DNA from: Promethearchaeota archaeon | GTDB lineage: Archaea > Asgardarchaeota > Thorarchaeia > Thorarchaeales > Thorarchaeaceae | Reading direction: 5' to 3' | DNA: 14,930 bases | Assembly: GCA_014728035.1 (NCBI GenBank) | Contig: WJMJ01000132.1 | Location: 1-14,930, forward strand | In this document: piece after piece, positions 1-7,508 of the stretch | How the letters are laid out: each line of letters begins with the position of its first letter | How positions within the stretch are numbered: position 1 is the first letter of the stretch | Translations under genes and position numbers: made by a program | Notes under the pieces: model-generated | What the model was told of the DNA's origin: nothing | The model's database searches: none | Seen by the model: only the letters and a program-made list of their open reading frames with translations

Positions 1-32
1 CTACTGAACCATTCCTTCTCAATATGTCGGTC

Positions 33-219
33 GTCACAGAAGCTAATTCCACATTATGGAGATTGAAAGTGATCCACATCAGCACCGAGTTCCAGGAGAA
101 TGTCTGGTCACAAAAGCTAATTCCACATTATGGAGATTGAAAGGCTATGTCGCTAAGGACATAGTACATTTCTTCAAATCGTGTTACAAAAGCTAATTCC
201 AGATTGTGGAGATTGAAAG
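33..219 (+). CRISPR. CRISPR array 1, trailer end (3 clear 37-nt repeats; probably continues upstream of the window)
   Basis: Repeats at 33-69 (gtcacagaagctaattccacattatggagattgaaag), 107-143 and 183-219. Spacers are 70-106 (37 nt) and 144-182 (39 nt), with a probable partial spacer at 1-32. The 3' ATTGAAAG end gives + orientation. Internal hairpin is TCCA-N5-TGGA. Confidence 0.97.
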
Positions 220-254
220 AGTGATAGTTAGCACGTGAAATCTTCTAACTCATC

Positions 255-291
255 TCTACAAATACTATTGCGCTTTGTGTAACGATTGCGG
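255..291 (+). repeat. Possible heavily eroded terminal repeat of array 1
   Basis: One spacer length (35 nt) after repeat 3, tctacaaatactattgcgctttgtgtaacgattgcgg keeps TACAAA, CTA, TTGTG and GATTG in repeat order. The alignment needs gaps and the hairpin is lost. Confidence 0.4.
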
Positions 292-397
292 TTTCAGAAT
301 AGATGATTGTGATAGAAGATACAAGAATGAAAGATTAATAACACTGAAAGCCTTGTTATTCATGAAGATTTCTTTAATCCCATAGGGAGGGAGTAGT

Positions 398-1420
398 TTG
401 CATACAATTGTCTTAGAGGACTTTGGATATTTCTTAGGTAAAAAAGGTGAACGATTAGTAGTAAAGAAAAAGGGAAAGGTTAAAGCTGAATTTCCAGTTT
501 CTGATGTTGAACGTGTGATTATCTCGTCGTCTGGAGCTAGTGTTAGTTCAGCAGCACTCTATTTAGCAGTAGACAATAGAGTTCCAGTGGTTTTTACTTA
601 TTCCTCCGGTCATCCTTTCGCTTTTGTGATGCCAACTCTGGGGCATGGAACGGTACTAACAAGAAGAGGACAATATCTGAATGCGGAAAATGAAACTGGG
701 CTTCACCTCGCAAAATCCTTTGTAGAGGGAAAATTGCTAAACCAACGGATACTTTTGAAGATGTGGGCAAAGAATCGTACAAGAACTGATCCTGATGTGT
801 CCGATTTTCTTTTTGAAGCGAGTGAACATGTTTATGCGGCAATTGATCAGGTTAAGGCAGTTTCAGGTAAGCTATCATCAATTACCCGTCTTGAGATAAT
901 GAATATCGAGGGAAGAGCCTCATCCCATTATTGGTCTGGGATTGCTCAGATTTTAACTTCCAATCTTGGTTTTTCGGGAAGAAAAACAAAAGGGGCTAAG
1001 GATCCATTCAATATGATCTTGAATTATGGCTATGGAATACTTTATTCTGAGGTCTGGTCCGCAGTAACCAAGGCAGGTCTAGACCCCTATGCAGGATTTC
1101 TTCACGTGGACCGTCCAGGAAGACCCTCTCTTGTTCTCGATGTGATTGAAGAGTTCAGGCAACAGATAGTTGACCGTACTGTTGTTGGGATGGCGACAAA
1201 GAATATGTTTAATCCTGATAGTCTGATTGAGGATTCTCTTTTATCAAAAGGAACTCGAACTAAGATAGTTGAAGGAGTTGTATCAAGGTTATCTGATAGA
1301 GTTCAATTTGCTGGAAAACAGATTCCTCTATCCAGTGTTATTATGAAACAAGCATGGGCTGTGGCAAAACTAGTTAGAGGAGATGCTAGTCAGTATACCC
1401 CATTCTCATTGAGGTGGTAG
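398..1420 (+). CDS. cas1: CRISPR-associated integrase Cas1
   Basis: 340 aa, TTG start after GGGAGGGAG. Cas1 motifs are EGRASSHYW, DPFNMILNYGYGILY, GLDPYAGFLH and SLVLDVIEEFR (catalytic E/H/D-E). Confidence 0.98.
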   Translation: MHTIVLEDFGYFLGKKGERLVVKKKGKVKAEFPVSDVERVIISSSGASVSSAALYLAVDNRVPVVFTYSSGHPFAFVMPTLGHGTVLTRRGQYLNAENETGLHLAKSFVEGKLLNQRILLKMWAKNRTRTDPDVSDFLFEASEHVYAAIDQVKAVSGKLSSITRLEIMNIEGRASSHYWSGIAQILTSNLGFSGRKTKGAKDPFNMILNYGYGILYSEVWSAVTKAGLDPYAGFLHVDRPGRPSLVLDVIEEFRQQIVDRTVVGMATKNMFNPDSLIEDSLLSKGTRTKIVEGVVSRLSDRVQFAGKQIPLSSVIMKQAWAVAKLVRGDASQYTPFSLRW

Positions 1421-1713
1421 ACCTGATTTACATCGTGGTTTATGACATCACAAATGACAATCTGCGGAATAAGATAAGTGAATGTCTAAAAAATTACGGA
1501 TTAGAGCGAATACAATATAGTGGTTTCTTCGGCGACTTAACTAAGTTTGGTTTAAAATCGCTTCAAGTAGACTTGAAAAAGCTAATGAACGACAGGGACG
1601 AAACTGATTCGGTCATCATCATCCCTGTTTGCAATTCTTGTTTTAAAAATAAGGTAGTGATTGGTAAGGCGTGGGTTGTGGAGGAAAAGGAGTTTGAAGT
1701 ATCGGTCTTCTGA
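1414..1713 (+). CDS. cas2: CRISPR-associated protein Cas2
   Basis: 99 aa with IVVYDITND, GLERIQYSGFFG and a C-terminal CxxC typical of archaeal Cas2. GTG start overlaps the cas1 end. Confidence 0.97.
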   Translation: MVDLIYIVVYDITNDNLRNKISECLKNYGLERIQYSGFFGDLTKFGLKSLQVDLKKLMNDRDETDSVIIIPVCNSCFKNKVVIGKAWVVEEKEFEVSVF

Positions 1714-2326
1714 GTCAACAGATATTTCGGAAAAATATCTAGCACCAACAGATGTGAAACAATATGTCTTCTGTCCCAGAGTTACATATTTCACACGGGT
1801 GATGCGCCTAAAACCAGTTATGGGAAGTCAACAAGAGGCAGGAAAAAAGACACATAAGAAGCTGACTGATTTAGAGAAAAGAAGACAGAGTGTTCTGAAG
1901 TCTGACTTGAATCTGGATATTAGGAACAAAGAATTTGAGATATCGCTGAAATGTCACGAACTGGAAATGCATGGAAGATTGGATATGTTATTGGAAACAA
2001 AAGATGGCGAGTTTATTCCTGTTGAATTCAAATCGATGATAAGTAGAAAAGGACAACTACATGTCGATCACAAATATCAATTAGTTACACTATCCCTGTT
2101 ACTTGAATGCAATCTGGGCTGTATTGTTAGAAGAGGCATCATTCATTATATTCCTGAGGAGCTTACTATCCAATTTCCGATTAGCCATTCTATTAAGCGT
2201 AGGACCAAATTTGTAATGAAGAGTATCCAAAATATGATACTTTCAGGAAACATCCCTGATGGACGCCGGGAGTGTAGTATGCAAAAGGTAGGATGTGGTT
2301 TTGCAGACTATTGCAGAGACCTCTAA
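1694..2326 (+). CDS. cas4: CRISPR-associated exonuclease Cas4 (start uncertain: TTG 1694 preferred, ORF open from 1661)
   Basis: YVFCPR, RecB-like GRLD...PVEFK and three C-terminal Cys (CSMQKVGCGFADYC) for the Fe-S cluster. Follows cas1-cas2. Confidence 0.95.
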   Translation: MKYRSSESTDISEKYLAPTDVKQYVFCPRVTYFTRVMRLKPVMGSQQEAGKKTHKKLTDLEKRRQSVLKSDLNLDIRNKEFEISLKCHELEMHGRLDMLLETKDGEFIPVEFKSMISRKGQLHVDHKYQLVTLSLLLECNLGCIVRRGIIHYIPEELTIQFPISHSIKRRTKFVMKSIQNMILSGNIPDGRRECSMQKVGCGFADYCRDL

Positions 2327-2458
2327 GGAGTACAAAATTAATCCTTTTCACAACACTAGTTCAATTACCATACTGTTTAGCAATAGGTCGCGCGCATCAA
2401 AAGTTCCTAGAATGCACTAGAATGCACTTGGAGAGCATATTATCCAGTGAGTTCATTC

Positions 2459-2466
2459 TTTATATA
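2459..2466 (+). promoter_or_regulatory. Candidate archaeal TATA box for the effector operon
   Basis: TTTATATA in the ~190-nt gap, about 50 nt upstream of the cas10d start. Confidence 0.55.
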
Positions 2467-2516
2467 TTGAATTTTGCAAATAAGATACGTATGAGATTGT
2501 CCCAAAGGTGAATCTG

Positions 2517-5174
2517 ATGACTGCAAAGACTACCCCAAAATTTGACACCCTTCTTGATGCACTCATAAAACAAGCAATGAAAGAGGATTGGCAATATAAA
2601 TATGCTAAATTCGCTAAAACTGGTTCTCAATCTCTACTGGTACACGCAGTTAATGTGTTTTCAGTTGCTAAAATCCTAGGATCTGAAGTATTTGGGTACG
2701 AAGATGACGAACTTCTGATTTTATCTCTTGGAGGATTCATGCATGATTTTCAAAAATCTTATGATATATGGCAAGATTCTGCTTTGGCATTTATGAAGGG
2801 GGAACGAAAGGGACTTAATTTCGAGCATGATTCGGGTACTGATGATGATTTAGAGCGACTCAAGACATTCCTAATGAATGCACAAAACAATTTATCGAAT
2901 GATATACTTGATATTGATTTAGTCGAGCTTGCACCCCGTATTCTTAATCTTCTTGTGTATACTCATGATTCACCAAACCGTGCAGTTGCTAGTAAGAGAA
3001 AATCACAGGTTGGACCGATTGATGCAGTTGCAAAGATTATTCGACTATCAGATAGTATTGCAAGTATCAAGACGCCTCAGGAGATTCTAGGACGGAAACG
3101 AGATCCCGATTTACCGGAATTGGATAGTTTCGAGTTTGAGTATCACGAGCTAACCGTCATTCGAGGTGTAGTGTCAAGTTTTCTCAATCAAGCAGTTATC
3201 AACTTACTTGGAGATCATGGATATATACCACTTCTCTATTTTGGCAATGGTGCAGTGTATCTGAGAAATTCCAGTTCAGAAATTATTACAGATTCAAAAA
3301 AGCAATTAATGGATTTAATTAATCAGGAGTTCGAACGTTTCCAAGAATCTAATACATACCAGATTGGAATGACTAATGCAGTCATCGGTCCAATAACACA
3401 AACTAAGTGGCCTGCTATTCAAGCTGTGAGAAAAGAAGACATTCCAATTCTTATTGAATTTCTTCTCAATAGCTATGCCCGTCAGAAAAAGACAAGAGAC
3501 GGTAAATCATATTATGAAAGCCAAATCAAGAAAGGGCCTGAATACAAGAAAGCACTAGATGACTTTGTAAAGAATTCTGGGTCTGAGAGAGATGCAATAA
3601 TTGCCGATATGCGTTCGGATTTTGCGTTATTGTGCTATGTTGCTGATTTTCTAAAGGTCTATTCAAATTATATCGATGATTCAGATATAGCTAAGGAATA
3701 CAACCAAGATGTAAAACTGTGGCTGGAGAAGTATTTGTACCCATGGGCTCTGGATGATCTAAGTGATATTGGAAACACAACTCCCGCAATTAGAAGGGCT
3801 GAAGTAATATCTCAGCTTTGGAAGTTTGATTCTGATAGACTACATATGAAAAAAGATCGCAGGAATATCATTGCAAACGGCTCGATATCGCTACTTAAAC
3901 GAGTTGCGGAAAAATATAAACAATATATTCCCTCATTACTCTCATTGAGGGTAAGGGAAACTCTTCTCAGCGATATTGGATATATCCCTGTTCCAATTCT
4001 ATCACACGATGATATTGTAGAGATTTCAGATGCAACATATGAGCGATATAGAGAGGGTAAAGACCAGACTAAAAGAGTATGTCATCTCTGTAGTGCTGAA
4101 TCATTTGATACCGCGGTAGCAGCACTATTTGGAGAGGGTTCTGAGAAATTCACCAACTGGTTACCTGCTGGAAGTAAGATTGGTGGTCAACGAAAAGCTC
4201 TGGTGTGTGAACTTTGTCTTTCTGAGGCTAGGCTTCGAGCCTTCTTTTTCCCTGATGCTCCCGCAATGTCCATGATTGTTATTCCTGATCTCAGTCTTTC
4301 ACCAGATATGTCGAAGCGTTGGTCTTATGCTGTTGAAGAGTTCTTGAGGTCTCAAAGCCTTGGGCTAGGAAAAGGAAAAGTCTGGAATATGACCAGAGTA
4401 TTTGAAAAACTTGCAAACGGAGAAAACTTTCATAATCCATTCCAGATTTCCCAAATTTTCCGTCCCACTTCAACAAGTGTGAAGAAACTTACAAAATATC
4501 TAAAGCAGCAAAGACAAAATGCGGATGGTCTGAGATTCAAAGTTATCAGACAAGAACCAATTGAGATAACCCATGAGAGTCTGGCAAGAGCTCATCTCAA
4601 GGGTGATATTAGGATAAATCCGCGACATTTGAAGGATTATGAACCTCCATCCACAGATGAGAGTATTTGTTACCAGACCCCCAGTCATATGTTCTATTTC
4701 TTCCGAAATCCACCTCGTACGGACGATGAGGAATCTAACAGTAGTATTGCATTAAGATTGTATTTACTGTCCCTGATAATTGCTGATGTTTATCACGCAA
4801 AAGTTGTAGTTACAGAAGGGTTCGAGTCGATTGTATCACTTGACTTCAGAGGCACGGTGAAAATACCCCTTCCACCCCCAGCTCAAGATGCATTGCGAAA
4901 AGTGGGAGTTGAACAGGTTACTTTCAGACATGAATTGGCACTTGCTCAACAACGACTTGCTGCTTTGACATTAATCGCATTATATTACGTTTCAAAATTA
5001 GGTAAGGATCGATTGCTTCGGTTAGCTAACATGAATCGAGGGGCTATTCTACGACGAGCACAGATGGAGGGTGGGAGCAAAATGGGGCAGACGGATAAAT
5101 TCAGATTAATCGGATATCTTGAGCAGCTTCCTATCGCTGCTGGAGATAATCAACCATCTAACAAAGGAGAATGA
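2517..5174 (+). CDS. cas10d: Type I-D large subunit Cas10d (Csc3) with N-terminal HD nuclease; appears to lack the C-terminal small-subunit domain
   Basis: HD motifs SLLVH, FMHDFQK, YTHD and IRLSD. Degenerate palm PLLYFGNGAVYL with no GGDD. Zn finger CHLC...VCELC. ATG 2517 follows an AGGTGA RBS, so it is preferred over GTG 2508. Lies upstream of csc2/csc1. Confidence 0.92.
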   Translation: MTAKTTPKFDTLLDALIKQAMKEDWQYKYAKFAKTGSQSLLVHAVNVFSVAKILGSEVFGYEDDELLILSLGGFMHDFQKSYDIWQDSALAFMKGERKGLNFEHDSGTDDDLERLKTFLMNAQNNLSNDILDIDLVELAPRILNLLVYTHDSPNRAVASKRKSQVGPIDAVAKIIRLSDSIASIKTPQEILGRKRDPDLPELDSFEFEYHELTVIRGVVSSFLNQAVINLLGDHGYIPLLYFGNGAVYLRNSSSEIITDSKKQLMDLINQEFERFQESNTYQIGMTNAVIGPITQTKWPAIQAVRKEDIPILIEFLLNSYARQKKTRDGKSYYESQIKKGPEYKKALDDFVKNSGSERDAIIADMRSDFALLCYVADFLKVYSNYIDDSDIAKEYNQDVKLWLEKYLYPWALDDLSDIGNTTPAIRRAEVISQLWKFDSDRLHMKKDRRNIIANGSISLLKRVAEKYKQYIPSLLSLRVRETLLSDIGYIPVPILSHDDIVEISDATYERYREGKDQTKRVCHLCSAESFDTAVAALFGEGSEKFTNWLPAGSKIGGQRKALVCELCLSEARLRAFFFPDAPAMSMIVIPDLSLSPDMSKRWSYAVEEFLRSQSLGLGKGKVWNMTRVFEKLANGENFHNPFQISQIFRPTSTSVKKLTKYLKQQRQNADGLRFKVIRQEPIEITHESLARAHLKGDIRINPRHLKDYEPPSTDESICYQTPSHMFYFFRNPPRTDDEESNSSIALRLYLLSLIIADVYHAKVVVTEGFESIVSLDFRGTVKIPLPPPAQDALRKVGVEQVTFRHELALAQQRLAALTLIALYYVSKLGKDRLLRLANMNRGAILRRAQMEGGSKMGQTDKFRLIGYLEQLPIAAGDNQPSNKGE

Positions 5175-5180
5175 ATTACA

Positions 5181-5798
5181 ATGATAATAAGAATGGAAAA
5201 AGAAGAAGAAAAAACAGACCCTGAAGAGGTCAAGAAGGTCCGAGGCAAGGCAGCTGAAGCTCTCTTGGAGTATCTTGGAACTTATCGTCCTGAGAAACCT
5301 CTCACCGATTCGAAACACTCTCTTATGGGTCCTGTTGGAAAACTATTAACACGAGTCACAACCACTGGAGAAGTCAATTGGGATGCTGTGAAGGGCTATG
5401 TCCTCAATCTGCATAAGAATCAACAAGCTCCCCGTGGAGTTTCTGCGGAAGCTATTGAAAGATTGGATGATGCTATTGCAGAACTTGCAAAACTGAAGGA
5501 TATTCTTCCGCCTACAAAATGGCTTAAGATGATTGAGGACCTTGATGATGAGGTCTTCTTTGGTGCTTTTAGGGACAAATTATACGGCCAAAGAAAGCAT
5601 GTGACAGAGAAGTTCCAGGAATGGCTAAAGAACAAGTATACTGACATCTCAGAAATTAATGAATTGATCGACGAACAGGAGTATACATCATTTGAGGATA
5701 TGGATCCTTTTTCGACTCCTGATGACTTGGAAGATGTCATTGACGAATTTTGGAAACACTACAAAGCAGAGAAAAAGAAGAAAAAAGAGGGTAAGTAA
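5181..5798 (+). CDS. cas11: Cas11d-like small subunit, separately encoded, with a C-terminal extension
   Basis: 205 aa, helical and charged, between cas10d and cas7. It has its own AGGAG RBS (5165-5169) and shares the cas10d frame. YRPEKPLTDSKHSLMGPVGKLL resembles the Y..S.H.h..P...L motif I recall from the Cas10d C-terminal/Cas11d domain. Confidence 0.72.
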   Translation: MIIRMEKEEEKTDPEEVKKVRGKAAEALLEYLGTYRPEKPLTDSKHSLMGPVGKLLTRVTTTGEVNWDAVKGYVLNLHKNQQAPRGVSAEAIERLDDAIAELAKLKDILPPTKWLKMIEDLDDEVFFGAFRDKLYGQRKHVTEKFQEWLKNKYTDISEINELIDEQEYTSFEDMDPFSTPDDLEDVIDEFWKHYKAEKKKKKEGK

Positions 5799-5800
5799 AA

Positions 5801-6727
5801 ATGAGCAAAAAGGCAAAACTACCATCAAGTTTCAAGAAACTGGAAGACTATTTTGTTGACAAAATCTCTCCACTGCTTGATGCAAAAACAATACAGATTC
5901 TATTGGTACGGCAGACCCATGACTTCACAGTCTTACGCACTGAGGAGAGCAGAGAACTCAACACTGTTGTTGTTCCAGAGAATATCGAATCATCGAAGCC
6001 TACCGTGAAAGTGGCATTTCTAGCTTCTAAACAAAAAGCTGTCGAGTCTAGAATGTTTTCTCGACTACTAAAGACGGTAAAAGAACATGATTGTTATCTC
6101 AAAGATAATCTATGTATGAATTGTCCACGTTGCGCTCTCTTCGGGGCTGTAAATACTGGTGGTGGACGTGACTATAATATCCGTCATAGAGTGGAATATT
6201 CTACGGCCTTCTCAATAGAGAAATATGAGGATTTGTTGGAAACTCTCACCTTCAATGCTATTGATGAGGCAGATCAAACAACTGGTCAGGCTTTGAATAT
6301 GACCCATAATGTTCGACCGCTAGCTAACTTTCCGTCAATCATCACTCTTACATCTGTGACATGGCAGGAGTTCTCTCTACTTCTCAAAACACTTCTCGCA
6401 TCAAAATCATATGGTGCTGAAACCAGAGTAAAGGGCGATGTGAGAAACATAATCCTTGGAATAGTGGGTGGATATGAAGAGGTATTAACTTCCCTTGAAT
6501 ACAGTCTTGAACTAACTGCTGACTGGGAGGAAGACCTACCAAAAACTACTGAGAAGATCCTTGAGAAATACAAAGGTTTGGCAGCCACACGTGGAAATAT
6601 TACTATTCTCACAGCTGAAGAAACTGCAGCCTTGATTGAAGCAGTGCAAGATATGGAGCTAGATGAATCATTTGCAAAATCAATGTTTGATCAGGTAGAT
6701 GATTTCGTCAAAGTAGCTAAGGGGTGA
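5801..6727 (+). CDS. cas7: Type I-D backbone protein Cas7 (Csc2)
   Basis: LLVRQTHDFTVLRTE, SKQKAVE, Zn-binding CYLKDNLCMNCPRCALFGAV, TFNAIDE, FPSIITL and YGAETR are characteristic of Csc2. Confidence 0.95.
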   Translation: MSKKAKLPSSFKKLEDYFVDKISPLLDAKTIQILLVRQTHDFTVLRTEESRELNTVVVPENIESSKPTVKVAFLASKQKAVESRMFSRLLKTVKEHDCYLKDNLCMNCPRCALFGAVNTGGGRDYNIRHRVEYSTAFSIEKYEDLLETLTFNAIDEADQTTGQALNMTHNVRPLANFPSIITLTSVTWQEFSLLLKTLLASKSYGAETRVKGDVRNIILGIVGGYEEVLTSLEYSLELTADWEEDLPKTTEKILEKYKGLAATRGNITILTAEETAALIEAVQDMELDESFAKSMFDQVDDFVKVAKG

Positions 6728-6733
6728 TATGAC

Positions 6734-7501
6734 ATGTCTGAACCACTACTACATTTGGTGACTATTACAAGTCACGATTATCTATTCTATGCTAGTCAAG
6801 ACTATGGAGCAACTGCACGGCCTCATGAGGTCATTGGCAATTATGCTCTCATGTATGCATTGAACCGAGATATTCCGGATGTCAGACGAGTGGTTTCAGG
6901 CACTACTCCTCATTACGAAGAAGACCTACCAAAAATGCGGATTTACGCAACACCTGCAGCACCATCAGCACATTTTCCTTACGCTCGTTCAAGAAGTGGG
7001 AATAATTCTCGCTGGCTTGATCAACAAATCACAATAGGGTATGAAAAACTAGCTATGTGGCGGGAGGGGGACCTTACCTCCATCACATGGAATAGCATTG
7101 GGTCTTCATTATTGGATGTGATGACTAGAGATCGAGCAAATTTACCTAAAGTTGGAAAATATTACAAATTCCCTCCATTAAGAAGTTTTTATTTCTACTG
7201 TGTAGGAGAGTCAATACCTTCCCTGTTCCGACTGGGTAAGAAATACACTCCAATTCGAGCAAACTCCATGCAGCTGGAAGCAACTCTTAAAGATGGAAAA
7301 TTCTCTCCAACTTGTCCTGTTAATGTACAAGATTTGCCTGACAGCACGCAGATTCTGAGAGGAAGTCTTCTCACTGTTTTACCAGCTCCCTTATTGCTGG
7401 AGTCAGAACTACAAGGGTCATATCTTGAGGCATATGACCAATTTGGTTATCCTCATAGGATACCTCAACCCAATACAGAACAGTTCGTGAACTCATGGTG
7501 A
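6734..7501 (+). CDS. cas5: Type I-D Cas5 (Csc1)
   Basis: HDYLFYAS, IGNYALMYAL, PHYEEDL..IYATPA and FRLGKK match Csc1. GGTGA RBS overlaps the cas7 stop. Confidence 0.93.
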   Translation: MSEPLLHLVTITSHDYLFYASQDYGATARPHEVIGNYALMYALNRDIPDVRRVVSGTTPHYEEDLPKMRIYATPAAPSAHFPYARSRSGNNSRWLDQQITIGYEKLAMWREGDLTSITWNSIGSSLLDVMTRDRANLPKVGKYYKFPPLRSFYFYCVGESIPSLFRLGKKYTPIRANSMQLEATLKDGKFSPTCPVNVQDLPDSTQILRGSLLTVLPAPLLLESELQGSYLEAYDQFGYPHRIPQPNTEQFVNSW

Positions 7502-7508
7502 ATTATTA

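Noticed and set aside
372-383. 10/12 complement of the 5' end of spacer 14256-14294 near the cas1 promoter
   Set aside because: Mismatches fall at seed positions 3-4, the adjacent triplet is CCT rather than GTN, and the match does not extend.
2328-2345. Repeat-like fragment GTACAAAATTAATCC after cas4, suggesting a creA-like pseudo-repeat
   Set aside because: Only the AT-rich 5' part resembles the repeat. The stem partner, ATTGAAAG handle and a second pseudo-repeat are absent.
2293-2511. 72-aa + strand ORF spanning the cas4-cas10d gap
   Set aside because: It overlaps the cas4 end and the probable promoter, and has no protein-like motif.
5172-5174. UGA as a selenocysteine codon joining cas10d and cas11
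   Set aside because: It lies in a polar linker with no Cys-type catalytic context, I could not identify a SECIS, and the downstream ORF has its own RBS.
2517-5174. Type III Cas10 / cOA synthase assignment
   Set aside because: There is no GGDD motif, and the neighbours are csc2, csc1 and cas3', which define I-D.
6530-6935. 16-nt direct repeat GAAGACCTACCAAAAA in cas7 (6530-6545) and cas5 (6920-6935)
   Set aside because: Both copies encode EDLPK within intact genes, and the Cas5 copy is part of a family motif. There is no sign of a mobile element or duplication.
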